From contig OZ244048.1 in the NCBI GenBank assembly GCA_965215265.1, forward strand, positions 3,296,001 through 3,360,000: a DNA stretch of 64,000 nucleotides, read 5' to 3'. Position numbers and translations under genes: made by a program. Positions 1-10,400 of this stretch are shown here, piece after piece; the stretch's first letter is position 1, and each line of letters begins with the position of its first letter. The DNA is from Candidatus Poribacteria bacterium. GTDB lineage: Bacteria > Poribacteria > WGA-4E > WGA-3G. The notes beneath the pieces were generated by a model. It saw only the letters and a list, made by a program, of their open reading frames with translations. It ran no database searches and was not told where the DNA came from.

Positions 1-2
1 TT

Positions 3-560
3 CTTGTTACAGCTGTAACGGGCGTACTTCTCATGTTCTACTACCGTCCAACAGCCGAGTACGCCTTTCATGATGTGCAGTATCTTGAATTTGATATACC
101 GTTCGGCATGCTTTTGCGGAACATGCACCGCTGGGCTGCACATGGGATGGTTATTTCTGTGATGTTACATATGTTCAGAGTTTTCTTGACCGGTTCGTAT
201 AAGAAGCCGCGGGAATTCAATTGGGCTGTTGGTGTGATTTTGCTGCTAGTCACTTTTTTCCTCAGTTTTACCGGCTATCTGTTACCATGGGACCAGCTGG
301 CTTTTTGGGCTGTGACCGTGGGTACGAATATGGCACGCGCAACCCCTGTACTTGGGCATGAAGGACCGTTTGCGCCGGACCCTATCACTCAAGCAAATGA
401 TGTGAGATTCGCTTTGCTCGCAGGAACGATTGTCGGTCCCTCAACTCTGTTAAGGTTCTATATTTTACACTGCGTTGCCGTCCCGCTGTTAGCAAGTGTC
501 TTAATGGCTTTGCACTTCTGGCGTGTGCGCAAAGATGGAGGTATCTCCGGGCCACTATAA
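3..560 (+). CDS. petB: Cytochrome b, b6-type N-terminal subunit of a Rieske/cytochrome b complex (5'-truncated by window edge)
   Basis: Frame is open from the window start. Heme His pairs [16 protein letters not shown] and [22 protein letters not shown] motif, C-terminal GISGPL as in cytochrome b6. Confidence 0.92.
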   Translation, partial: LVTAVTGVLLMFYYRPTAEYAFHDVQYLEFDIPFGMLLRNMHRWAAHGMVISVMLHMFRVFLTGSYKKPREFNWAVGVILLLVTFFLSFTGYLLPWDQLAFWAVTVGTNMARATPVLGHEGPFAPDPITQANDVRFALLAGTIVGPSTLLRFYILHCVAVPLLASVLMALHFWRVRKDGGISGPL

Positions 561-637
561 CCCTATTAGGAAAGGATGGATGGCGGATTGGTGTTCAAAG
601 GGAGAACATAGAAAGATATATCCGCATACGGAAAAAT

Positions 638-1504
638 ATGGAACATTTCATAGCACTGTTGACGAAGCCCGATAATGTCCCGATTGTGGCTATCCTCTTT
701 TTGATACCTTATTTTATTTGGCTCTCCTACCGACAAGCCCGCCAGACTGACATGACAGGTGTCCCCTCAGATGCGGCACTAAATGATAAAGTCTACGTCT
801 GGCCCTATCTCTGCCGAAACGAGTTTATCTGTGCGATTATTGTGATGCTAGTCCTCGGTGTGTGGTCTGTTACAATTGACGCGCCGCTTGAGGAACCGAG
901 CGATCCGACTAAAACCCCGAACCCGTCCAAAGCCCCCTGGTATTTTCTCGCGCTACAAGAAATGCTGGTTTACTTTGATCCGTGGATTGCAGGGGTCGTA
1001 CTCCCGGGGCTCATCATTGCGGGCCTGATTGCTATTCCCTACATCGACACGAACCCGAAAGGAAAGGGCTATTATACGCTCAAAGAACGCCCGTTCGCGC
1101 TTTCGGTGTTCTGTTTCGGCTTTATTATTTTATGGATTGTTTTGATGATAGTCGGGACCTTCCTCAGGGGCCCCGGATGGAACCTCTTTGCGCCTTGGGA
1201 GAAATGGGATCCGCATCTAGTTGTCCCCTTAACAAATGTCAATTTATCCTATCTCTTTGGAATTAGAGATGAGCAGACAGCTAACTTCTTTGGATTTGTT
1301 GTCGTAGCGGGTTATTTTTCATTGGGACCGATTTTCTATTTTTGGAAGTCCAAAACTAGCCGTTTCCTACAAGAGCTCGGACTCGTTCGATATATCATCG
1401 TTTCATTTCTGTTCTTAACCATGCTTGCACTGCCCATAAAAATGGCACTGCGCTGGGGGTTGAATATTAAATACGTTTGGGTATCGCCGTGGTTCAATAT
1501 CTAA
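638..1504 (+). CDS. Cytochrome b C-terminal / subunit IV-like membrane protein
   Basis: APLEEPSDPTKTPNPSKAPWYF at the PEWY-equivalent position; several TM helices; follows the split cytochrome b. Confidence 0.85.
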   Translation: MEHFIALLTKPDNVPIVAILFLIPYFIWLSYRQARQTDMTGVPSDAALNDKVYVWPYLCRNEFICAIIVMLVLGVWSVTIDAPLEEPSDPTKTPNPSKAPWYFLALQEMLVYFDPWIAGVVLPGLIIAGLIAIPYIDTNPKGKGYYTLKERPFALSVFCFGFIILWIVLMIVGTFLRGPGWNLFAPWEKWDPHLVVPLTNVNLSYLFGIRDEQTANFFGFVVVAGYFSLGPIFYFWKSKTSRFLQELGLVRYIIVSFLFLTMLALPIKMALRWGLNIKYVWVSPWFNI

Positions 1505-1588
1505 GAGTCTGCTTTGAAAACGCAATGCAAATAGGTATGAGCTGCCTTGTGGATAAGCCAATCTGAAAATGTGGAGGTTAAAAATTTC

Positions 1589-4500
1589 GTGAGGAGTAAA
1601 AGAGAGATTCCAGCTGAAAATAAATCGTATTCTGCTCTGTTTTTTATTTTATCAGGGCTATTAGGACTGGTGACGTTATGGGGATTTTGGAGTGAAATGA
1701 TTACGCGCCGGCCCTGGAAGCAGATTCAGCAAGAGTTTTATCAATACGAATACGAAAAGACACGCGCAGCATTGGAAAAGATCGAGTTGGAACTCCCTGA
1801 GCGCACGAGTCCGAAAAAGGCTGAGCCCAAAGTCCTAAGTCAATTAATGAGGAATGTGGAGACTGCACAAGTTACGCTTGACGAAGCTATGCAAGAACGG
1901 AAATTCCGACAGAGTGAATCCGATGCGATTAATTATAAATATCAACATAGCCTCCATGGCGCTAAAGCACATGGCGCAGGGGAACGGGATGAAACCGTTA
2001 AAAAGTGGGCGATGAAATTAGCTGAGTTTGAGTCTGCCATTGAAGGTGAGTTAACAGCAGCCGTCTTGCAGGCTGAAACAGGATTTGCAGCTGCAAACAA
2101 AGCCTTGGCGCAGTTCTATCAAAGCAACAGCGATTGGGAAAATGCACTCAGCACTTACTTAATCGCACAGAAATATAACTCCGCTGATACCGAAATTTCT
2201 GACAGTATTGCAACGGTTCAGATGGAGCTGAGTGCGCTTAAAGCCGTGAAAGCAACACATGAAGAGGTCGCTCGGCTCCAAGAAAAACAGGATTCCGTGA
2301 GCGGCATTAAACGTTCATTTCTTGGAAGTCTGTTAGAGAACCCTTTCCACAAAACACGCACTATTGTTCAACATTATCTAGAAGAATTTGATTATACCGC
2401 TGATAGGTGCGAAACATGCCACTTCTCTGCAGATAGAAGCGGGTACGAAACATCTGCCCGTGAAACGTTTGAGGTAGAAGGCGACGGAGAAAACAAGGTA
2501 AGCTATCAACTAGAGCATTCGCGCATTAAACCGGGTAGTGAAAGTGTTGTCATTGATGGGTTTGAAGCTGAAGAGGATGAGTATACTTTAGAGGACAACG
2601 GCACCATTACGTTCAACGATGTGGATGTATTCGGAGAAGTGGAGATTGAATACGAAACCGCGTACCGCCCTGTCCTGCAGACACATCCTCATCGGGATGT
2701 TCTCCTCGCGAAACATCCTATCGATAGATTCGGATGCACGCCATGCCACGGTGGACAAGGCCAGGCGCTCACAGCAAAGTCAGCACACGCCTTGACGCAC
2801 GCCGAATATTGGCTCACCCCGGTCCTCGGATTAGATGAACACACTGGTAGAATTTCTGAAGAAACAAAGGGGTACATGGAATCTAACTGCCGCAGGTGTC
2901 ACGATGGTGTGATGATGTTAGACGCTAAAAATCCTGAAACAGGTGAGCAACAGGATTATGCGCCAAATTTAACCAAAGGCTTGGGTCTCTTTGAAGATCT
3001 GGGGTGTCACGGCTGCCATGCTGTTGAAGGATATAGTGCTATTGAAACGATTAACAAGGTTGGGCCCTCGCTTGCGAAAGTCGGAAGTAAGGTTCAGGAT
3101 ATCGCGTGGCTTGAAAACTGGCTTAAGAAACCTGAGGCCTATATGCCTGATACGAAAATGCCTAACTTCTTTCCAACCGCCGGAATGAGTCAGATAGTCT
3201 ACCTCAAGAATGGTGGAAAGCGGATAGGTGCTGTAACCAAAACTGCTGACGGCATCATTATTAAAACAGACGATGGAACCGAGTATCCTTACCCTAACAG
3301 TTACGTAACGCGTATCGTTGACGAAGTGAAATCGATCGCTGCGTACCTCGCGCAGATGCAGGATGATTCTCTTGATACCGTGCAAACCTACCCTACATCC
3401 GAAAAAGCGATTAAAGCCGGTGAAGAGACTGTCAAAACGGTTGGCTGTCTCACATGCCATGCTGTTGATGGACTCGGCAGCGACTTCGGGCCGGCATTAG
3501 ATAGTGTGGGTGCAAAGGTTACGGCCGGCTACCTCCGTCAATGGGTGACGGATCCGCAGGCTTATGATGCGGATACTGCCATGCCGAGTTTGAGGCTGAG
3601 TCAGACAGAGATTGACAACGTTGTTGCCTACCTGATGAGTCTAAAGCAGCCAACACCTGTTGCTGTCTCAGAATCGGTTGGGGACGTAGATGTAACCGAG
3701 GGCGAGGTTCTCGTCAGAACGTACGGATGCTTCGGGTGCCACGAAATCCCCGGCTTTGAAAATGAATCGAAAGTCGGTGCAGATCTTGGTGAATTTGGTG
3801 GGAAGACAGTAGAGGAATTTGACTTTGGTGACACAGTGGACGTTGAACACAGTTGGACAGGTTGGACCCTAGGGAAAATTACAAATCCGCGCCGTTACCA
3901 AACCCGCCGTATTGTTTCTCGCATGCCGGTTTTTCAACTTGATGAAGAAGAGGCGAAGGCACTCGCTGTCTTGCTAAAAAGTTTCCAAGCGGCAAAGTAC
4001 CCGCTAAGTTATATCCATCAGAGATCAGAGAAGCTAAATCATATTGATGCCGGTAGACGATTGGTGAAAAAATATAACTGCTCAGGGTGCCACGAGATTG
4101 AAGGGAAAGGTGGCAGTTATGTTGATGTTGTGATGGCTCACGAAGGGTTAGATGCGATTAATGCCAAGCAATTCTCACCGCCAACCCTGCAGTCTGAAGG
4201 CGCGAAGGTTTATCCGGATTGGTTGTTTGAATTCCTTAAAGTGCCGTCGGATATCCGATACGGGCTCAAAGTGCGCATGCCGACGTTCGGACTATCTGAT
4301 GATGAAGCTACAACCTTTGTCAAGTACTTCTCTGCGTTAGACGATGAACCGTTCCCATATGAGACGCTCGAACTGCCCGTGGCAACGCGTGCCGAATTGC
4401 GTGTCGGAAAACAGGTTTTTGACGTACTTCAATGTATTTCCTGCCATCCTGCTAAGGGCGAGGTAATTCCAGAGGGCAGTGACAAAGCGGGGCGCCCTGA

Positions 4501-4705
4501 CCTCTCCCTTGCAAAAGAACGGCTCAAAGCAGATTGGCTTATTGACTGGCTCAAAGATCCGCAGTCGTTCCAACCCGGCACAGCGATGCCGCAAGCATGG
4601 CCGCTTGTCGGAGGACAGTACATGCCGCTTGAAGGGTACGCTGATGATGATGCGGAGAAGCAGATCCGACTGGTACGAGATTATCTAATTTCGTTAGGCC
4701 GTTAA
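1589..4705 (+). CDS. Membrane-anchored octaheme cytochrome c (c-type partner of the Rieske/cytochrome b complex)
   Basis: Eight CxxCH motifs (CETCH, CTPCH, CRRCH, CHGCH, CLTCH, CFGCH, CSGCH, CISCH) and an N-terminal TM helix. Start set at GTG 1589 after GGAGG. Confidence 0.9.
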   Translation: MRSKREIPAENKSYSALFFILSGLLGLVTLWGFWSEMITRRPWKQIQQEFYQYEYEKTRAALEKIELELPERTSPKKAEPKVLSQLMRNVETAQVTLDEAMQERKFRQSESDAINYKYQHSLHGAKAHGAGERDETVKKWAMKLAEFESAIEGELTAAVLQAETGFAAANKALAQFYQSNSDWENALSTYLIAQKYNSADTEISDSIATVQMELSALKAVKATHEEVARLQEKQDSVSGIKRSFLGSLLENPFHKTRTIVQHYLEEFDYTADRCETCHFSADRSGYETSARETFEVEGDGENKVSYQLEHSRIKPGSESVVIDGFEAEEDEYTLEDNGTITFNDVDVFGEVEIEYETAYRPVLQTHPHRDVLLAKHPIDRFGCTPCHGGQGQALTAKSAHALTHAEYWLTPVLGLDEHTGRISEETKGYMESNCRRCHDGVMMLDAKNPETGEQQDYAPNLTKGLGLFEDLGCHGCHAVEGYSAIETINKVGPSLAKVGSKVQDIAWLENWLKKPEAYMPDTKMPNFFPTAGMSQIVYLKNGGKRIGAVTKTADGIIIKTDDGTEYPYPNSYVTRIVDEVKSIAAYLAQMQDDSLDTVQTYPTSEKAIKAGEETVKTVGCLTCHAVDGLGSDFGPALDSVGAKVTAGYLRQWVTDPQAYDADTAMPSLRLSQTEIDNVVAYLMSLKQPTPVAVSESVGDVDVTEGEVLVRTYGCFGCHEIPGFENESKVGADLGEFGGKTVEEFDFGDTVDVEHSWTGWTLGKITNPRRYQTRRIVSRMPVFQLDEEEAKALAVLLKSFQAAKYPLSYIHQRSEKLNHIDAGRRLVKKYNCSGCHEIEGKGGSYVDVVMAHEGLDAINAKQFSPPTLQSEGAKVYPDWLFEFLKVPSDIRYGLKVRMPTFGLSDDEATTFVKYFSALDDEPFPYETLELPVATRAELRVGKQVFDVLQCISCHPAKGEVIPEGSDKAGRPDLSLAKERLKADWLIDWLKDPQSFQPGTAMPQAWPLVGGQYMPLEGYADDDAEKQIRLVRDYLISLGR

Positions 4706-4731
4706 CGCATAAAGCACAGCCTCTGGGAACA

Positions 4732-5088
4732 ATGAAGCATCTTACCGTTGTTATCGTCATGGTTATTGTCTGGCTTAACGGCTTAATCTGGTTAGGTAAA
4801 CAGGTTGACCCGAGCACGAGGTATCAGTCGCAAGTAGAATACAGATATGCCCGGTACTGTGCAGGCTGTCACGGAAATAGTGGTGAAGGCAACGGACGAA
4901 TAGGCAGATTCAAAAGGCTAGAACCGGCTAATCTCACTGATGTCACTTTGTGGGAAATGCACAGTGATGAACAATTGCTGGACAGTATTAATGCCGGAAA
5001 GAACAATATGCCTGCATTTCATTACTACCTTAGTGATGAGGAGCAACGAGAGATTCTCGCCTATATTAAGGAAACGTTTCTCCGGTAA
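4732..5088 (+). CDS. Monoheme class I cytochrome c
   Basis: Signal/anchor, CAGCH, PANLTD, distal MPAF. Confidence 0.88.
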   Translation: MKHLTVVIVMVIVWLNGLIWLGKQVDPSTRYQSQVEYRYARYCAGCHGNSGEGNGRIGRFKRLEPANLTDVTLWEMHSDEQLLDSINAGKNNMPAFHYYLSDEEQREILAYIKETFLR

Positions 5089-5254
5089 ATTTCCAAGAGA
5101 CAGATATAAAACTGTCATGTTGAATTATTTGCTTTTTGGATTCTTGTGGTGTTAACATGTTATGGTGATTTTTTTTTGTAGGACCGAACGTTCAGCAGTG
5201 TCCTACATGACTCTTTTGTAATAGATTGAATTTTACTAAAATGGAGGAAAAGTC

Positions 5255-6007
5255 ATGAAAATTATAGTTGCGTTGCTTGTCTTGGGTTTAATCGCGAGTG
5301 CTGCTTATGCCGGTAATATCACCGGTACGGTTCTCTACGAAGGGGATGCTCCTGCACGCGCGATGTTAACAGCTACCAACGACCAGCATTGCATTGACGC
5401 TGTAAAAGGCACAAAATCCGAGACACTCGTTGTCTCAAAAGGGAAGGGTATTAAGAACGTTGTTATTTACGCCCGCGTACGCGGTGCGAAAGTTACCGTT
5501 CCCGATAAAAATCCAGTTATGGACCAAAAGGGATGTGCGTATTTCCCGCATGTGCTCGCAGTTGTAGCAGGTTCCACCGTGGATATTACGTCCAGTGATC
5601 CGATAGCACACAACGTCCATTCGCACGCACAAAAGAATGAAGCAATAAACTATCAAATTCCGCAACCCGGGAAAGTTATCCCGCACAAAATAGAAAAAGC
5701 AGAGCAGATTAAGTTTACTTGTGATATCCACGCGTGGATGACAGGCTATATTGTTGCTGTTGCCAGTAACTTTTTTGCTGTGACCGGTGATAAAGACGAT
5801 GAAGGGAATTGGCTGAGTTCAGATGCGTATGAAGCCTCGGAGGACAAAGGTACCTACACTCTGGCAGAGGTCCCTGCAGGTAAAGTCCGGGTCATTGCTT
5901 GGCATGAAGAGCTTGGTTCTGCGAACAAAACGGTTGAAGTGCCGGCGAGCGGTGATATTAATGTAAACTTTACGAGTGCTGATTTTAAAAAGCGCGCGAG
6001 GAAATAA
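5255..6007 (+). CDS. Exported protein: carboxypeptidase-regulatory-like beta domain with a cupredoxin-like type 1 Cu motif
   Basis: Signal peptide (AYA); DQKGC, HNVH and CDIHAWM; paralogous to 12368..13156. Confidence 0.75.
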   Translation: MKIIVALLVLGLIASAAYAGNITGTVLYEGDAPARAMLTATNDQHCIDAVKGTKSETLVVSKGKGIKNVVIYARVRGAKVTVPDKNPVMDQKGCAYFPHVLAVVAGSTVDITSSDPIAHNVHSHAQKNEAINYQIPQPGKVIPHKIEKAEQIKFTCDIHAWMTGYIVAVASNFFAVTGDKDDEGNWLSSDAYEASEDKGTYTLAEVPAGKVRVIAWHEELGSANKTVEVPASGDINVNFTSADFKKRARK

Positions 6008-6182
6008 ATTTTTCATATTTTGGTATATGGCCTACTGTACGTCTTCTTCGCGTGAATGGCTTGACTTTCATCTCGTCAGGGGTAGTTTTGCTGATAGATA
6101 ATCGTCAAAACGTCTTTCGTGAGTGGCCGTCGGCTGTTTGATACCGAGCAAGCCTAAAAAAAAGACTGAGAGAAATAAAAGA

Positions 6183-8072
6183 ATGCGTTGTTGCTCTTCC
6201 GTAATAACAAAGAAGTTCTATTTGCTACTTGGCTGTTTTCTACTCGTTTATGCCTTGCTGGCAGTTGTGCCAGCCTTTGCACAAGATATGAGCGATGCTG
6301 AATATCGCACTTTCCCGAAGATTGGTAGCCGTAATGCGGCGTGGATTGCAGCACAACTGCACCTACTATTTGGCTCTTTCATCCTCGGTGTTCCAATGTT
6401 CGCAGTTATCATTGAATTTATAGGTTGGAAGAGCAAAGATCCGCGCTACGATAGAATGGCGCAAGAGTTTATTAAACTCTGTATGGGTGCATTTTCGACA
6501 ACAGCGCTCCTCGGTGGTGTGCTTGTCTTTATCCTAATCTGGTGCTATCCGAAAGTGATGAGCAAGCTGAGTGGCATCTTCGGTCCCACGATGATTTTCT
6601 ATGTTGTCCTATTCTTCGGTGAAACGTTTACCCTCTATCTCTATTCGTACGGCTGGGATAAAATGCAAGGCAGACATAAAGGTTGGCACCTCTTCCTCGG
6701 TGTACTGCTTAATGTGTTCGGTACTGCGATAATGTTTGTTTCAAATTCGTGGCTCACCTATCAGACAAGCCCTGCGACGCAATACGGCAAACTGTCTGAA
6801 TCAACACGGCAAGCGTGGTTAGAAAATCAATTGTCCCAGAATCCTGAGTTGACACGAACTGAAGTCATGGAGGGGATCACCGACGCAACCGTGATTCCAC
6901 TCCATAACGAGACAACCGGAGAGTTTTTAGCTACCGTTTGGGAAGCAGTGAATAATTTTACGTGGATGCCGGTTAACATTCACCGGCTCATCGGGAATAT
7001 TGCGTTCGGGGGTTCAATTGTTGCGGCCTATGCAGCGTTCCGATTCCTCGTTGCGAAAACGAAAGAGGATAAGGCTCACTATGACTGGATGGGTTATACT
7101 GGTAATTTCATCGCCCTATGTGGGCTCATTCCACTGCCTTTCGCTGGTTACTGGCTGGGGCGAGAAATCTACATGTTTAACAATACGATGGGCATCAACA
7201 TGATGGGGAGTCTGTTTTCCTGGCTGTTTATCATCCAAGCCGTCATGATTGGTGTGCTCTTTATCGGCGCGAACTATTATCTCTGGTCGGGAATGGGAAG
7301 GATTGACGGTGCGCAGATATACGCTCGTTATCGTCCGTATATGATCACGATTATTGTTATCTGTGTGGCTATCTGGATGACACCCCGTACCTTATCAAAA
7401 ATTTCTACTTCAAGTGAACTGAGCGCGATGGGTGGAGCCAATCATCCGCATCTTGGCCTGTTCGGATTAATGACTGCAAAAAACACGGCGGTTAACATTA
7501 TTATTTTAACCACGTTTTTGAGTTTCCTTTTTTATAGACGTTCAGGTAAGTCGCCTACAGCAAGTTGGAAAAAAGTGGGGAACATCGCGATTTCTTCTAT
7601 TTTCTTCTTCTCTGTTGTCTCGATTGTGGTTATCGGCATCGTTGGGTTTACCGTTCCAACGGATTTGCGTGTCAACGTGTTGACTCCGTATCAAGTTCTG
7701 ATTGCGCTCGCCGTTATGGTAGCCGTGACAGTGATTGATATTTTTATGTATAGAAAAGCGACTATGGCTGGCACGATTAAATGGGGTGAGATGTCAGACC
7801 GGTCGCAGTACGTGTTAATCCTATTGGCAATCACCTTTACGTCTTTGATGGGCTTGATGGGGTATGCCCGTTCGGGTCTTCGCGAAGCATGGCACATCTT
7901 CGGTGTAATGCAGGATACATCGCCTGATGCGTTTACCCCGCTCTTGAGTGAAGCCGTGAACATCGTTGCAATTATCATGGTCCTTTTCTTTGCCCTCGTG
8001 GGGTTCATCTTCTGGCTGGGTTTATGGGGCGAAAAGAAGAAGGAAAAAGCTGTTCCAATGGAAACAGAATGA
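6183..8072 (+). CDS. Cytochrome bd-like oxidase subunit I (divergent CydA family)
   Basis: Polytopic protein with AQLHLLFGSF (His19-like), FGETFTLYLY, NSWLTYQTSP, NIHRLIGN (His186-like) and GYARSGLREAW in place of GRQPW. Confidence 0.8.
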   Translation: MRCCSSVITKKFYLLLGCFLLVYALLAVVPAFAQDMSDAEYRTFPKIGSRNAAWIAAQLHLLFGSFILGVPMFAVIIEFIGWKSKDPRYDRMAQEFIKLCMGAFSTTALLGGVLVFILIWCYPKVMSKLSGIFGPTMIFYVVLFFGETFTLYLYSYGWDKMQGRHKGWHLFLGVLLNVFGTAIMFVSNSWLTYQTSPATQYGKLSESTRQAWLENQLSQNPELTRTEVMEGITDATVIPLHNETTGEFLATVWEAVNNFTWMPVNIHRLIGNIAFGGSIVAAYAAFRFLVAKTKEDKAHYDWMGYTGNFIALCGLIPLPFAGYWLGREIYMFNNTMGINMMGSLFSWLFIIQAVMIGVLFIGANYYLWSGMGRIDGAQIYARYRPYMITIIVICVAIWMTPRTLSKISTSSELSAMGGANHPHLGLFGLMTAKNTAVNIIILTTFLSFLFYRRSGKSPTASWKKVGNIAISSIFFFSVVSIVVIGIVGFTVPTDLRVNVLTPYQVLIALAVMVAVTVIDIFMYRKATMAGTIKWGEMSDRSQYVLILLAITFTSLMGLMGYARSGLREAWHIFGVMQDTSPDAFTPLLSEAVNIVAIIMVLFFALVGFIFWLGLWGEKKKEKAVPMETE

Positions 8073-8094
8073 TAAATTATTTAGGTACATATTA

Positions 8095-9609
8095 ATGTTA
8101 AACACGTTCATAAAAATTGCCGGTTTAGTCTTAATGGTCGTGAGTTTCATCGCGTATATCGCAGGTGCAGCTGCCTTTCCAATTGCCTCAGAGAACCTGC
8201 TGCCGTGGTCGGTCTGGTTTCTCATTGCGGTAATTGTAAACATTATTGTGTGGTCTAACGTTGTAAAATTGCTAACATTCTCGCTAGCTGTGATATGGTT
8301 TTATGCATTTGTCGCGGGACTCGTTCCGGAATCCTCTACGGCGGTAAATTTAACCACTCTTGATTGGAGTGACCCGGATGCAGTAGCGGAGCAAGGTGCC
8401 TTAGTTTTCAACGGGAAGGGCCAGTGCGCTGCGTGCCATACTGTAGACACGAGTGCCCCGAAAGGTAGATGTCCCGATTTGACAGACATAGGTATTAACG
8501 CGGCGAGTCGGGTTGCCGGGATGGATGCAAAGACATATCTGATTGAGTCGCTATATAAACCTGAGAATTATCTCGTACCGGGTTATGGCAAGATTATGCC
8601 GGCGGTGTGGAAGGCCCCGATCGCGTTATCAAAGTTGGAGATTGAAGCTGTCATCGCTTATTTGCAGAGTCAAGGTGGGGAAATAGACTCCACTCCGTAT
8701 GATGAACCTATTAATAGAGCTGACCCCGGTACGGTAGCAGCGGCCCTTCCCCCATTGCTTACCGGGGATGCAGAGCAGGGCAAAAAAGTTTTTGTTTCAG
8801 CGGCATGTATCTCCTGCCATGCAGTAAAAGGGATAGAAAGTCCTGCAGCCGGCGAAGTCAGTGAAGACTTTGAAGTCGTCACTGCACCCGATCTCTCTGA
8901 AATTGCAGCCTTTAACGACATGCGGTACATTGAGGAGTCGATCCTGAACCCTGGTGTGCAAATTGTGAGTGGTTACGGTGCAGTAACCGTCCGGGCGAAC
9001 GGGGCGAGTTTACAAGGCACCCTGGTCTCACAAGATACTGAACAAATCGTTGTCCGTACCAAAACGGCCGATGGCGTAGAGGAGGAACACACCCTCCAAT
9101 TGATGGAACTGGATGATGAACCTATTGAGGATTTGGCAAATCTGAAAGCGAAGGGCTATTTTACATTAACACTAACACCAACAGATGCAGATGCGCCTGT
9201 GAGCGGTGAAATTGTTGAAGAGAGCGAAGACACCGTAACCCTCAAGGTAGGTGAAGAAAACCGAACGTTGTCTAAAGTTGATGTGAAAAGTCAATTGACG
9301 GTTCTCACCTATGATGGAGACGAAATTGTCGGAGCCGTAGTATCAGGAACGCCGGACGACGATGAAATCGTTTTAAGCGTTGACGGTAGCGAGGTGGTAA
9401 TTGATACGTTTGACATTGAGGAAGCCACTTTCACCCGTGCATTCGGTAAGAAGCTTCTTGTGACATCACCGATGCCTGAAAATTTTCCACTTCTTCTATC
9501 AGTAGCGGATCTGAGCCATCTGCTTGCTTTCTTAAGTTCACTTACAGGGGAAACAGCAACAGCAGAAGCTTCCGCTTCTACTGATGCCTCGGAAGTTTCA
9601 TCGGAATAA
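8095..9609 (+). CDS. Membrane-bound diheme cytochrome c with inserted acidic beta modules
   Basis: Three N-terminal TM helices; CAACH...IMP and CISCH...PDLSE...ESILNP...SPMP. Start set at ATG 8095 after the preceding stop. Confidence 0.85.
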   Translation: MLNTFIKIAGLVLMVVSFIAYIAGAAAFPIASENLLPWSVWFLIAVIVNIIVWSNVVKLLTFSLAVIWFYAFVAGLVPESSTAVNLTTLDWSDPDAVAEQGALVFNGKGQCAACHTVDTSAPKGRCPDLTDIGINAASRVAGMDAKTYLIESLYKPENYLVPGYGKIMPAVWKAPIALSKLEIEAVIAYLQSQGGEIDSTPYDEPINRADPGTVAAALPPLLTGDAEQGKKVFVSAACISCHAVKGIESPAAGEVSEDFEVVTAPDLSEIAAFNDMRYIEESILNPGVQIVSGYGAVTVRANGASLQGTLVSQDTEQIVVRTKTADGVEEEHTLQLMELDDEPIEDLANLKAKGYFTLTLTPTDADAPVSGEIVEESEDTVTLKVGEENRTLSKVDVKSQLTVLTYDGDEIVGAVVSGTPDDDEIVLSVDGSEVVIDTFDIEEATFTRAFGKKLLVTSPMPENFPLLLSVADLSHLLAFLSSLTGETATAEASASTDASEVSSE

Positions 9610-9620
9610 GGAGGTAAACC

Positions 9621-10397
9621 ATGAAGCGGCTATCGCTTTTCACAAAATGTCTCATAATTTTCGTTGGGTGCTGGGTATTCTTGCGCTTTATCGTTGGGGG
9701 CTTTATCTCAGTACCGATACCGGGTAGCGTAATTTCGATGTATATGGGGCTGGTTGTCTTGGCTATCTTGGTGCATGTCTCCGTTGAAGATTCTCGTTTT
9801 AGTGAGTTTCTCCGCCCTATTCTTGAAACGGTTGTTGATGAGAATAGACGTATCCGCCGGCGAGTTATAGCGGTGCTGATTCCGCTAGCTTTACTCGGTT
9901 ATACCTATTCGATTTTCGCACAACGCACAAACCCTCCGGGCAATCCACGTGATGCACACCCATCGCCGCCTCTTGAACTCACCTACAAAGATGAGGTTAT
10001 TGGTAAAATGCAGGAGGTGGAAAACCCCTTCCGACACTATGAAAAAGACGACCCGGATGCGTTTAAGGCACATGTAGAAAACGGCAGGCGTGTCTACTAC
10101 CAGAACTGCTTTTACTGCCACGGTGATGATTTAGATGGGCAAGGTCATTTCGCACCGCATCTGCAGCCACTGCCTGCGAATTTCCAGGATCCGGGTATCA
10201 TTCCAAACTTTCAGGAATCTTTCTTGTTTTGGCGAATTAGCAAAGGAGGTCCGGGTTTACCTGCAGCAGGTACGCCGTGGGATTCTGCTATGCCTATTTG
10301 GGAGGATTATTTGACAAAAGATGAAATTTGGGATGTCATTCTATTCCTATCGGATTATACTGGTTATCATCCGCGGACTTTTGGGGAAGGACACTAG
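9621..10397 (+). CDS. Membrane-bound monoheme cytochrome c
   Basis: Three TM helices, CFYCH, SAMPIW; AAGGAGG ribosome-binding site. Confidence 0.88.
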   Translation: MKRLSLFTKCLIIFVGCWVFLRFIVGGFISVPIPGSVISMYMGLVVLAILVHVSVEDSRFSEFLRPILETVVDENRRIRRRVIAVLIPLALLGYTYSIFAQRTNPPGNPRDAHPSPPLELTYKDEVIGKMQEVENPFRHYEKDDPDAFKAHVENGRRVYYQNCFYCHGDDLDGQGHFAPHLQPLPANFQDPGIIPNFQESFLFWRISKGGPGLPAAGTPWDSAMPIWEDYLTKDEIWDVILFLSDYTGYHPRTFGEGH

Positions 10398-10400
10398 ACA

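Noticed and set aside
7966-8094. Apparent long overlap between the bd-like gene and the next cytochrome
   Set aside because: This comes from longest-ORF start choice; a plausible ATG with RBS lies at 8095. Similar start corrections were applied elsewhere.
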